64,000 bases of DNA from Eledone cirrhosa (Eukaryota). The notes under the pieces are model-generated. The model did not search any database and was not told the origin of the DNA. It saw only the letters and a program-made list of their open reading frames with translations. The stretch spans positions 43,648,001-43,712,000 of the forward strand of contig OZ024757.1 in assembly GCA_964016885.1 (NCBI GenBank), in the 5' to 3' direction. Position numbers and translations under genes: made by a program. Shown here piece after piece: positions 51,890 through 64,000 of this stretch (its first letter is position 1; each line of letters opens with the position of its first letter).

Positions 51890-54138
51890 TATATATATTT
51901 ATTTTAAGAAACCTTAATGACAAATAATATAAAGTGTTTGTAAAGTGGGGAAGAGTAGTTTTACGGTGGGGTTGTTATATAGATATCGTTTTTGCAGTGG
52001 GGTCGTGACTGGCGTATAATAATGAGTCACTGTTGATGTATATACAAATCATATTTTGGATATAAGTGAAGTTATTTAAGAGATTTAGTTGTTTTGTATA
52101 CATTCCAGTTGTTGTCTCCCTGTTTCTTCTTCAACAACTATAACGGTACGCGATGGGGCCCACCCACAGCCCCGGCGGACAGAATGGAGAAGGCGTTTCC
52201 CCGGAGCACGGCAAGGGAGACGCGCTGGAAAAGCCACTCCAACTCGCGGGGCTCACACCTGCGACTGGCCAGCTCAGCGCCTATGGTGGTGAGTAAGGAG
52301 GTAGCCCTGGGGTCGAGGACACCAGAAGTCTCCACTTCCAGGGGTACGACCGCAAACCTGTCGGAGAGTGAACGATATGTGAGGAGTTTGGCCCTCTCAG
52401 CCTGACGTGCAGCAGAACCTGGGCCAGTCGCAGACTGCACCAGGTTGCGGCTGCAGAAAGTGTCGGTGCAAGTGGCATCCCAGACGAGGGGTTTGCCACC
52501 GCGGAACGGGAAGATGGTCATGCCATCTGGCCTTTTGCCGTCCCCTGGAGCTGGGAAGGGAAGCCTGCAGCGTCCAAGCCATGCTTAATGATTTCGTTGA
52601 GGGCAGCATGGCGTGGATTGCGGCTGGCACTGTGGCGACAGGAAAGCGGGTGGAGGCCGAAAGAGTCCATGGTGGAACGGCAGCGACATTGGTGTGAGGC
52701 CGAGCCTCAGGGAAACGCCGATGCGCAAGCTATGGTTGTCTAGCTGCGTGCGAGTGGAGAAGGAGGGCAGGGCATGGAGCCAGGCCCCACTGTGGGGTTT
52801 GGAGGCCGCACGAAAACAAACAAGGCGGTGCTGGTCGAGCTGGCACGTGAGCCTGTCTGAGGCCAGGCTGCACTGGATGGCATCCCAAGTGTGTTGGGGG
52901 GACTTGACGTCAACAGGGGGAGAAGGAGGAGGAACGTCTACTGGGCTAAGTCCCAGCCGGTGCCACGTCTCACAGGCGGCCACACGTTCTCTGAACACAG
53001 AGGGTTCTGTTGTGTTTTGAAGAACCCTGCTGAGGTGGACGTGGTACGAGGTTACCGACGAAAGATACGCCGGCAAAGCTAGTGAGATCGGGGACTGGAG
53101 GCGAAGGTCGCCATACCTGATAGGTGAAGTTGCATATCTCATCGGCTGCTGCTCGGATACAAGTCTCGGTGTAGCACAGAGTGTATAGAGGAGCTTCGGC
53201 ATGGCGTAGCAGTTCCTCAGCAGAAAGAGAACTGGGTGGCCATCAATCAAGCCCAGTCGGCTCGTGAGAGTCTGAACTTGATGGTGGAGCGGATGGCCGG
53301 CGGGTGGATCGGTGAGGGCATCCTCTTTGGGGGTCACCTGAACCTGGCGGAGAATGGACCGCACGTCCAAGACGGAGACTGCAAAGCTTGCAGCATCGAG
53401 GCTGACATTCACCTCCTCCGACTTGGCTGAGTTGACCTGGAGGTCGATTCCCGCCAGGGCAGGAACCACCGATTGAAGGTCATGGCAGACCGCCTGTACG
53501 GGCCCACCCAAAGTAGCATCATCCAGATACCAAACGTTGAGAGGGGCCGTTATACTCCGGGCGATGTGGTCAATACCAAGGGTGAACAGGAGGGGTCCCA
53601 AAGGGTTGCCCTGTTGGATCCCAGTAGCCAAGGGTATGACCGTATCAGCAGCATGTCGCATGCTCGGGGCTCCATATGACAGCTAGGCAGAGGGGGCTCG
53701 GCTGAGGCAGGCCTCGAGCAGATGATCCCAGCGTAAAGAGTTGAAGGCATTCCTCATGTCAAACTTGACAATGAGGTGGCTGGAGTCCCTGGATGCCGGT
53801 TCCGAGTGTTACGGACTTGCAGGTTACCTTGGCAGCCAGCCTCCGGAAGACATTGCCCACAGCAATGGGGCGTATGCCATCCTCTTTCTTCCTGAGAGCG
53901 GTGAGGCTGGCCGAAAAAAAGAGGCCTCGAGCATAAGAGTCCAGGGCGCCATGGATGAGCCTATTGGTGAGCGCCACAATTGCACTCAGAAGGCGGCGCC
54001 CGGCCTCAGCGGAGAGGGGAGATATCAACTCCTTGAGGAGGCCTGGTCAGAGACCATCAACATCTCCGCAGCTGCTAGCTGGGAAGGACCTGATGGCGGA
54101 CATGATGTCTGCATCAGAAGCCACAAGGAGCAAGTGTG
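51890..54138 (-). mobile_element. CRE-clade retrotransposon relic, copy 7
   Basis: 358-aa RT ORF at 52585-53661; endonuclease ORF at 52138-52521. Confidence 0.92.
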
Positions 54139-55071
54139 GATTACAATACAAAACCTCTGAGAATGATTTCTAAGATATTTCACCATAATTAATTTTCATC
54201 AATATATATTAATATTATTATTGTTTATTAGGTCAGGTGGATTGGCCAGAACAATTCTACTCTTCTTTTTTAGATGTCACGATTTTTCATGGCATTCCTG
54301 AGATCATTAATCTCCAGCTGGAGATCCAGAGACATCTGATGTATGTAGGTGAACCTCAGTCATCCCACTTGGGTCTTACTATGTTTAGGTATCCACCACA
54401 GGAGCCAGCTCATCAGGTCATCCTACCCTCAGCAGCAATGTCCAGCATCTATTGATTTCCGCTCCCTAGTTATTGTGGTAATCTTCGATATCTGGGAATA
54501 TATTTCTTCTGCTTAAGGGAGTAATAAATATATAGTTTTAAAAAAAACATATATATACACACACATATATATATGTTGTCATTTATAAGAGTTCTCTATC
54601 AAAAGCCTTCTCTATGTCCAAAGCTAAGTATAGTGGCTTATTTTTCTCTAAGAACCTCTTTTGTAGTTGTCTCACTAAGAAGAGGGCATCTGTTGCACTT
54701 TTCAGCGGCTTAATTAATTAATGAGGTTTAATTAATGAGGAATTTTGAGGTATTTATAACAATTATTAATTATTTCATTACTGAGATATCATTTGAAGGA
54801 CTTACTAATGTTTTTATTTATTAATTATTTTATTAGTAACTTAACATGTGGTTCTTGTATAAAATTATGTTGGAAGATTTTAGGAAGATGCTATGTAGCC
54901 GGTCGCGGTAAAATAGACGCCCAGGCTATGTAGCCGGTAAGAGTGTCAGACTCCATGTGTTGCGGCCCTTTATGGTCTGAGTTAAGACAATTTAAAATCT
55001 TTTCCACCATCAATTGTTAAAAAACAAGTTAAAATCATTTTGTCGTCCATTTGTAACGTACGTTACACTTT

Positions 55072-55943
55072 AGTTACATACACATATACTATGTTACATA
55101 CACACATCTACTGTGTTACATACACACACATCAATTGGGTTACATACACACACATCTACTGCGTTACATACACATCTACTGTGTTACACACACATCTACT
55201 GTGTTACATACACACACATCTACTGAGTTACATACACACACATCTACTGTGTTACATACACACACATCTTCTGTGTTACATACACACATCTACTATGTTA
55301 CATACACACATCTACTGTGTTACATACACACACCTGTGTTACATACACACACATCTACTGAGTTACATACACACAGATCTACTGTGTTACATACACACAC
55401 ATCTACTGTGTTACACACATCTTCTATGTTACATACACACAATCTACTGTGTTACATACACACATCTACTGAGTTACATACACACACATCTTCTGTGTTA
55501 CATACACACATCTACTATGTTACATACACACATCTACTGTGTTACATACACACACCTGTGTTACATACACACACATCTACTGAGTTACATACACACAGAT
55601 CTACTGTGTTACATACACACACATCTACTGAGTTACATACACACACATGTATTGTGTTACATACACACATCTACTGTGTTACATACATACACATCTACTG
55701 TGTTACATACATACACATCTACTGTTACATACACACATCTACCGTGTTACACACACACATCTACCGTGTTACACACACACATCTACCGTGTTACACACAC
55801 ACATCTACCGTGTTACACACACACATCTACTGAGTTACATACACATATACTGAGTTACATGCAAACACACATCTACTCTGTTACATATACACATCTACTG
55901 TGTTACATACACATCTACTGTGATACACACACACACATCTACT
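55072..55943. repeat. Minisatellite, unit 7 (135 bp longer)
   Basis: The spanning ORF is 313 aa versus 268 aa in the other units. Confidence 0.95.
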
Positions 55944-56770
55944 CATACATATTCATAAATAGACACACATTATACAAATAATTATTACATACACACACAT
56001 CTCTGTAATAATTCAGGAAGGAAGGCGCTGGTGAAACGCTATAGCAATGTGTGTGTGTTGTGTACCTTTCAGGTTTACCGGTTTCGTAGCCTATTTGAAG
56101 ATTTTATTATAATTATGAACCTTATAATTCAATTAATTATGAATAATTTTGAGCTATTTATCACAATTGTTAGTTAATTACTAACATAGTAACTTACCAT
56201 ATGGTTGTTATATAGAATTTTGTTGGAAGACTTTAATTTAGATAGGAACCATTTCCATAGTACGAGAACTAATTTTGGCTGGGTTTCTACCAAAAGGGTT
56301 AATGAAGAATTTTGAACAATTTACTAAAATTATTAATTATTTCATTACTAAGATAATGTGTGAATACACAATTATATGTGTGTATATATATATAAACAGT
56401 ATATATATATATAGTATATATATATATAAACAGTATATATATATATAGTATATATATATATAAACAGTATATATATAGTATACAAAAGATGTAGTGGGAT
56501 AGTGTGTAGTCTTAAGACAAGTCTGTCCAGATAGCTGCACTGTAACTTACACTTATTGGGACTGTGTGTTGGCAAGCAGGCCTGTATTTTGGGATCTAGC
56601 TGGTCCATTATGAGGGAGGTCTGGTTAGTTGGCAGCACCATGCCTTACTTGTGGTATATGTATGTATAGAAATAAGTTATTGTATATGCACAACTGTCCA
56701 TCTATATGTATACATGTATGTTTACTTATATCTTTGCATACATATATACATTTTCAGATGTATACACGTA

Positions 56771-58690
56771 ATGGTCACCCGGATAGTAAACCAAGTCATA
56801 CAGAATGGGGTTGTTCTGAAGGACTGGCATAGCAGCATCATCATTAACTGTTACAAGGGTAAAGGAGATGCCCTAGATAGGAGTAACTATAGAGGCATTA
56901 AATTAATCGACCAGGTCATGAAGGTCACGGAAAAAGTAATAGCGCAACTAATCAGAGAGAGAATTGATCTAGATGAAATGCAGTTCGGGTTTGTGTCAGG
57001 TAAAAGTACCACAGACGCTCTTTTCATTGTACGACAACTACAGGAGAAGTACCTAGTTAAAAGTAAACCCCTATACTTAGCTTTTGTTGACTTGGAGAAA
57101 GCCTTCGACAGAGTCCCCCGTTCCATTATCTGGTGGGCTCTTAGAAAACTAGGTGTTGAGGAATGGCTTGTGAGAGCTATACGAGCCATGTATAAAGAAA
57201 CAGTCAGCAAGGTTAGAATTAACAACGAATATAGTGAAGAGTTTAGCGTAAAAGTTGGTGTTCATCAGGGCTCCGTCTTTAGCCCCCTACTATTTATTAT
57301 TGCCCTTCAGGCTATAACAGTGGAGTTCAAGACCGGCTGCCCATGGGAACTCCTATACGCAGATGATCTAACGCTCATAGCTGAATCAATGGCCGAGCTA
57401 GAGAAGAAATTCCAAACATGGAAGCAAGGCCTAGAATCAGAAGGCCTTAAAATTAACCTGGCTAAGACTAAAGTTCTAGTTTGTAGGAAAGAAAATAAGG
57501 CGCCGGTCCCTTCCGGGAAATGGCCATGCTCAGTGTGTAGGAAAGGCGTAGGTAGAAACTCCATTTTATGTCCCAAATGCAAAGTATGGGTTCATAAAAG
57601 ATGTAGTGGGATCACAGGTAAGCTAACTAAGAACATAGATTTTACATGTGGCCGGTGCTCTGGTGCAATAAGTAGCAGCAAGTGCCCACAAAATACTAGC
57701 TCTTTCAATTGCGCAGAGGGTTCTATAGAAATAGTGGACAGCTTCCGTTACCTGGGTGACAAAATCAGCAGTGGGGGAGGGTGCTCTGAAAGTACAGTAG
57801 CTAGAGTCAGAACTGGATGGAAAAAGTTCAGAGAGCTTATACCACTATTAGCCGCTAAAGGGTTCTCCCTAAAAATGAAAGGCAGGTTGTATGATGCCTG
57901 CATATGAACAGCAATGTTGCATGGCAGTGAGACCTGGGCATTGTGTGCAGAGGATATACGCAGACTAGAGAGGAACGAAGCTTGCATGCTTCGCTGGATG
58001 TGTAATAGTAATATATGTGAACGGCAAAGCATAAACGAACTAAGGGAAAAATTAGAAATAAGAGGGATCAGATGTTGTGTACTCGAGAGAAGACTACGTT
58101 GGTATGGTCCACGTGATGCGGATGAAAGACGACAGCTGTATAAAAAAAATGCAGGGCAATAAAGATAGACGGTAGCCACGGAGTAGGCAGACCCAGAAAA
58201 ACCTGGGACGACTTGATAAATTCCGACCTCACACACTTACACCTCTCCAAGACAATGTCACTGGACCGAGATCTTTGGCGGTACTCAGTAATAGAGAAGA
58301 CCCGCCTTACCTAGATACAAAGTAAAACCTACTACAGTCAGTAGGCACCTCTAACAAAATACACCCCCACCCCATCCACACCGCCCCTTTCAATGTAAAG
58401 TTATGTTGGTGCCACAACATCCAGGCCGAAACAAATGAGGTCGTGTAGGTGTCACGACAAAAAAAAAAAACACAGTCCACGCAGTAATGTGGCCGTGTAG
58501 GTAACACGGTAAAAACCTCTCAGTCCCACACTGTAAATGCGGTTGGTGTTAGGAAGGGCATCCAGCTGTAGAAAACCCGCCAGACAGTCCTATGCGAGCA
58601 AGACAACCACTCTTGCCTCAAGTGGGAAAATTCCCGTCCAAACCCATGCAAGCGTGGAAAATGGACGTTAAACGATGATGATGATGATGA

Positions 58691-58694
<4 letters not shown>
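56771..58694 (+). mobile_element. Truncated RTE LINE, unit 7
   Basis: ORF 56651-57907; retains AFVDLEK. Confidence 0.95.
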
Positions 58695-58728
<34 letters not shown>

Positions 58729-59247
58729 CTTTGACATTTCTTAGAAAAAAAATGAAAAAGTTTTGTGAGAACCCCAATGTTTATTTATTTTATTTTATTT
58801 TTAAATAAAATTAATAACATTAATTTTATTTTGAAATTAGGTTTATAAATATTAATTATCAGCAGACCTTTGTAGCAGTCTTGGCGGCTTAGTGGGAAGT
58901 ACCAGAGATGGTGAGGTCCTTGTCTGTAGGTTCAATCCTGGTCTGGGAGTTCAATCATTGCTGTAATGTGTCCTGTTAATCTTTTTTTAAATTTTCCTCA
59001 GAAAAAACTGAAAATCTTTGGTGAGAACCCCAATGTCTATTTATCTAATATAATTTAATTTATTTTATTTTATTTTACTTTAGTTAAATTGTCAAAACCA
59101 CTGGTGATCTAAAGTTAGAGGAGACAGATAAAATAGACATATTGTCTCCTCAACCTTTAGATCTTCAGTGTTTTCGACAATTTAACTAAAATAAAAAATT
59201 AAATTCAATATAATTAAATAAATAGGGGTTCTCTTTTTCAAAGAGAT

Positions 59248-60528
59248 CATCATCATCATCATCATCATCATTTTACGTCCGCTTTTCCCTGCTTGCAAGG
59301 GTGGGACGGGTCTTATTCAGCACAGCATCTCTCCACTCGTCACGGTCCCTCGTCATCTCCACCGTGAGCTTCAATGATCTGAGGTCTGTTCTCACCACCT
59401 CCGCCCATGTTTTTCGTGGTCTACCTCTACCACGTCTTCCTTCAACTGGCATTTCCTGGCACTTCTTCACCCATCGGTCATCCTCCATGCGCATCACATG
59501 TCCATACCACCTCAGTCTCCTCTCCCGTACACTACATTCTATCCCTCTCAGACACAGTTTCTCTCTCAACACATTTATGCTGGGTCGTTCACGCACATTT
59601 ACACTGCACATCCAACGGAGCATGCTTGCCTCATTTCTCTCCAGCCGTCGCATATCTTCTGCGGTAGCTGCCCATGTCTCACTACCATGCAGCATCGCGC
59701 TCCTCACACAGGCATCATACAACCGGCCTTTCGTACGCAGGGAGAAACCCTTCTTCGTCAACAGAGGAAGCAGCTCCCTAAACTTCTTCCAACCCGTCCT
59801 TATTCTAGATACTATGGCCTCGGAACACCCTCCTCCCATGCTAATCTGATCTCCTAGGTACCGGAAGCTATCCACCACTTCTATAGCGCCCTCTCGCATT
59901 TGAAAAATGTGTCTATCAGTGCGACTTCTACTGTCTAATTTCCCTGTACATCTACTGCATACATATTTCTCCCTACCTGTTAGTTTGCCTGCTATCCCGC
60001 TACATCTCTTGTGTACCCAGGACCTACATTGTGTGCATTTTATAGAATTTATGCCAGTTCCTTTTCTGCATATCGAACATGGCCATTTCCCTGACGGAAT
60101 CAGGGTTTTGTCCTCTTTTCTACTCATCAACACTTTTGTCTTAGCGAGGTTCACTCTCAGTCCTCTTGCTTCCAACTGCTGTTTCCATAGCCGGAATTTA
60201 TTCTCTAGCTCCTCTACTGATTCTGCCATAAGAGCCAGATCGTCAGCATAGAGAAGTTCCCATGGACAGCCAGTCTTAAACTCCTCTGTTATGGCTTGGA
60301 GGACTATAATGAACAAGAGCGGGCTGAGGACCGAACCCTGATGTACTCCTACTTGTATCTGGAATTCCTCACTAAACTCCATTCCTACCCTGACTTTACT
60401 GAGAGTACCTCTGTACAAAGTTTGCACTGTCCTTACAAGCCATTCCTCAACACCCAGCTTCCTTAGGGACCACCAGATGACAGATCGGGGTACCCTATCA
60501 AAGGCCTTCTCTAGGTCAACAAAGGCTA
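59248..60528 (-). mobile_element. Young 5'-truncated RTE LINE insertion unique to unit 7 (second RTE family)
   Basis: Uninterrupted frame from LAFVDLEKAFDRVPR to ...KTRPTLASREKRT*, followed at once by (TGA)n. AGAT occurs at both junctions (59244-59247 and 60529-60532). The empty site is present in units 3-6. Confidence 0.96.
59273..60528 (-). CDS. RTE reverse transcriptase C-terminal half with PHD finger (open frame, 5'-truncated)
   Basis: ORF-track 384-aa ORF at 59273-60427, still open upstream to the truncation point; GVHQGSVLSPLLF, YADD, CSIC..CTQC..HKRC..CSRC, FRYLG, RLRWYGHVMR, RGRGRPRKTW. Confidence 0.85.
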
Positions 60529-61578
60529 AGATATAGAAAGAAAATTATAAAAGATTAACATGACACCTTACATGTATCTCATGGACCAGGATTGAACCTG
60601 AGTCCCCAATTCAACCCTCAGACCAGGATTGAACACCCAGAACAGGATCTCACCATCTCTGGTACTTCCCACTAAGCTACCGAGACTGATACAAAGATGT
60701 ACTGAAATTTAATATTTATAAACCTACTTTCAAAATAAAATTAAAAATAAAATATATATATATATATATTCCTTTGACATTTCTTAGAAAAAAGAACTGA
60801 AAAAGTTTTGTGAGAACGCCAATGTCTATTTATTTTATTTTATTTTTAATTAAATTAGTTATATTTTGAAAGTAGGTTTATAAATATTAATTTTCAATAG
60901 ACCTTTGTAGCAGTCTTGGTGGCTTAGTGGGAAGTACCAGAGATGGTGAGATCCTTGTCTGTAAGTTCAATTCTTGCTTGGAGACATGTCTAATGTGTCC
61001 TATTAATCTTTTTTTAATTTTCCTTTTACATCTCTTAGAAATAACTGAAAATCTTTGGTGAGAACCCCAATGTCTATTTATCTAATATAATTAATTTAAT
61101 TTAATTTAATTTAATTTTTATTTTAGTGAAACCACTGTTGTATTCAAGAGACCAGGTGGAGGGGTGGGTCTGCTAGATTCATCGTGGGTAAAGAACGGTG
61201 CTATGAACTTTTCTGGGTGGGAAATGACAATGGGCTGGGTATACACATACCACCCCACCACCCCACCGTAAAGTGGTCGTGGAGGCGCCACGGCAAAAAA
61301 GCACCCAGCCCGCTCTGTAAAGCTGACGTGGAGGTGCCACGTAAAAAAGAAAAGCACCCAGCACTCACTGCAAACTGGGTTGGCGTCAGGAAGGGCACCC
61401 AGCTGTAGAAACCAATCCAGAATCAGCTCCCACCCCACCCTTGCAAGCATGGAAAAGCGGACGTATGATGAAGTTGATATATATATATATATATATTAGT
61501 ATATATATACACATACATATGTACACATATACACATACATATATATATATATATACACACACATATATATCAGTGTAC

Positions 61579-61613
<35 letters not shown>

Positions 61614-62258
61614 AATGAATATTTATTCAATTTAAAGCGCCAATTATCTATATATAACAAGATATGAATTTTTCTAGGGATGGGGAAATTTTCAGTTTGT
61701 TTTTATATTTTCACTTCATTTTTTACTTTCTATTTAATACAGTCTTTGATCCAATATAATCCTGACAGTATTTGAACCAGTTTACCTCATATATATGTAT
61801 GCACACACAACACTCAAGTTTCGCCATCTACTGCTATTTCATTCATATTTATTGTTTAATTAACTCTGGTCTAATTCATCAACTATTGTTAATTATATTA
61901 TTACGTAGATTTCTTATAAAATCTAGTGCATATATACGTGTATATATACAGGGAGACACTGTGTAATAGATGTAAAGAGAGTGGGAGATAGAGTTATAGA
62001 AGTAAAGAGAGGGAGAGAAATAAGCGGTAGATAGAGCAATAGATGTAAAGAGAGGGTTAGAACGTTCAACTTGACAGTCAGTACATATGCCAACTACCCA
62101 ACCGGCCAGCCAGCCGTATTTGCGGTTGACTGGCCAGTTGGGCGGTTGGTATGTGGAACGTTCAACTATGCAGTCAGTACCAAAGTTCAACATTGTAGCC
62201 AGTGCATATGCCGATCGCCGCGACCTCTTTGCTCTATTTAAATGACCTGGAACTAAGT

Positions 62259-62371
62259 AAAAAGAGTAGGAGATAACTCGACAAGAGCGGAGAGGGTGAG
62301 ATTCGAACCATGTAAAGTCGTTGGCTCCTGAACTTCGTAAGCGGGGCTGCTACTGACTGAGCAACGCCGGC
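62259..62371 (-). ncRNA. tRNA-derived Pol III cassette, copy 8
   Basis: As copy 4. Confidence 0.45.
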
Positions 62372-63161
62372 AGCAAGGCAAATCGCGCATAAAATAACGC
62401 TTATATCGAGAAAATAAAACAAAAATTTCAATGTTGCACTCTTGTTTGTTGTTCTTTTATTTTACGTAAACATTTCGCTGCTCTAGCCTCTTATTTCCTA
62501 TTAGATTACACTTAATTCCATTAAACATTCATTCTTAGTCTCGTGGTAAACTATTTCATCTATATTTATATCGCTGTTACAGCCTTTTATTTCTACATCT
62601 ATCACCTATAGCCACTGTTACGCCGGTAGTATAAGTAGCTTTATAACAAGAAACGATGATATAACTCCACAAAATGTCTTCTTGAGCAAGACACTTCACC
62701 TCATATTGCTCCAGTACACCGAGTTACACATAGACAGATACATACATACACATATATATGTACACAGATAGAAATAAGAGGGAGATAGAGTAAAAGATGT
62801 AAAGAGAGGGTGAGAAGTACGAGTTAGATAGTGTAAAAGATTTAAAGAGAGGGTGAGAGTGTGACACACATTTATCTGTCTATCTCTCTCTATTTTAACA
62901 CCGGTCGTTATAATTAGTTTTATAACACCGCTATATTACCGACATGAAAGAGGTAAATAATTATTTCTTAAATGTTTAGAACATGTTTCTCTTGTCTTCT
63001 TAAATGTATAGAACATGTTTCTTATTTATATTCTTAACATAGCTAGGACCTTATCTCATTTACTGGTCTCTACTTTTAGGGCTTTGCTGGTCCCATGTGC
63101 CCTCCATGAAGACACACTCGCCCCTTCTCTCTCAGTCTCCGTACTAATTACTACACATACG

Positions 63162-64000
63162 TATATATATTTATTTTAAGAAACCTTAATGACAAATAAT
63201 ATAAAGTGTTTGTAAAGTGGGGAAGAGTAGTTTTACGGTGGGGTTGTTATATAGATATCGTTTTTGCAGTGGGGTCGTGACTGGCGTATAATAATGAGTC
63301 ACTGTTGATGTATATACAAATCATATTTTGGATATAAGTGAAGTTATTTAAGAGATTTAGTTGTTTTGTATACATTCCAGTTGTTGTCTCCCTGTTTCTT
63401 CTTCAACAACTATAACGGTACGCGATGGGGCCCACCCACAGCCCCGGCGGACAGAATGGAGAAGGCGTTTCCCCGGAGCACGGCAAGGGAGACGCGCTGG
63501 AAAAGCCACTCCAACTCGCGGGGCTCACACCTGCGACTGGCCAGCTCAGCGCCTATGGTGGTGAGTAAGGAGGTAGCCCTGGGGTCGAGGACACCAGAAG
63601 TCTCCACTTCCAGGGGTACGACCGCAAACCTGTCGGAGAGTGAACGATATGTGAGGAGTTTGGCCCTCTCAGCCTGACGTGCAGCAGAACCTGGGCCAGT
63701 CGCAGACTGCACCAGGTTGCGGCTGCAGAAAGTGTCGGTGCAAGTGGCATCCCAGACGAGGGGTTTGCCACCGCGGAACGGGAAGATGGTCATGCCATCT
63801 GGCCTTTTGCCGTCCCCTGGAGCTGGGAAGGGAAGCCTGCAGCGTCCAAGCCATGCTTAATGATTTCGTTGAGGGCAGCATGGCGTGGATTGCGGCTGGC
63901 ACTGTGGCGACAGGAAAGCGGGTGGAGGCCGAAAGAGTCCATGGTGGAACGGCAGCGACATTGGTGTGAGGCCGAGCCTCAGGGAAACGCCGATGCGCAA
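63162..64000 (-). mobile_element. CRE-clade retrotransposon relic, copy 8 (3' part)
   Basis: Endonuclease ORF at 63410-63793. Confidence 0.9.

Larger units (their letters stand above)
58726..61135. mobile_element. Foldback element, unit 7, interrupted by a young RTE
   Basis: The right arm is split at CAAAGAGAT|ATAGAAAG. Confidence 0.8.
51025..62253. repeat. Array unit 7 (type B plus unique RTE insertion and minisatellite expansion, 11229 bp)
   Basis: Anchor to anchor; extra ~1.28-kb LINE and a 135-bp minisatellite duplication. Confidence 0.95.
1..64000. repeat. Macrosatellite / tandem array of 8 head-to-tail units built from retrotransposon relics
   Basis: The anchor TAAGTAAAAAGAGTAGGAGATAACTCG recurs at 1, 5872, 11746, 21535, 31361, 41187, 51025 and 62254. 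Near-identical ORF sets recur at the same offsets. Confidence 0.98.
62254..64000. repeat. Array unit 8 (type-B alleles, partial)
   Basis: Runs off the window end inside the CRE. Confidence 0.93.

Overview
Eukaryotic, repeat-only window. The AT-rich spacers, (CA/TA)n microsatellites and RTE/CORE-type SINE repertoire resemble an octopus or other cephalopod genome, but that is an inference. The whole 64 kb is one head-to-tail macrosatellite of 8 units, anchored on TAAGTAAAAAGAGTAGGAGA at 1, 5872, 11746, 21535, 31361, 41187, 51025 and 62254. There are two short type-A units (5871 and 5874 bp), one A/B recombinant (9789 bp), three type-B units (9826, 9826 and 9838 bp), a type-B unit enlarged to 11229 bp by a fresh LINE insertion, and a partial unit. 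Every complete unit has the same core: a minus-strand Pol III/tRNA-like cassette, a 5'-truncated decayed CRE-clade retrotransposon (RT plus restriction-like endonuclease), RTEX and RTE fragments, a deleted RTE derivative, and a 72-nt GC-rich hairpin between direct repeats. Type-B units replace 1.1 kb of type A with a 5-kb block containing a ~21-bp minisatellite, a truncated RTE LINE and a ~640-bp foldback with convergent tRNA-like promoters. Both RTE families carry a C4HC3 PHD finger inside the RT domain. I found no host protein-coding gene, rRNA, canonical tRNA or snRNA. Most ORF-track entries are antisense or microsatellite artefacts.
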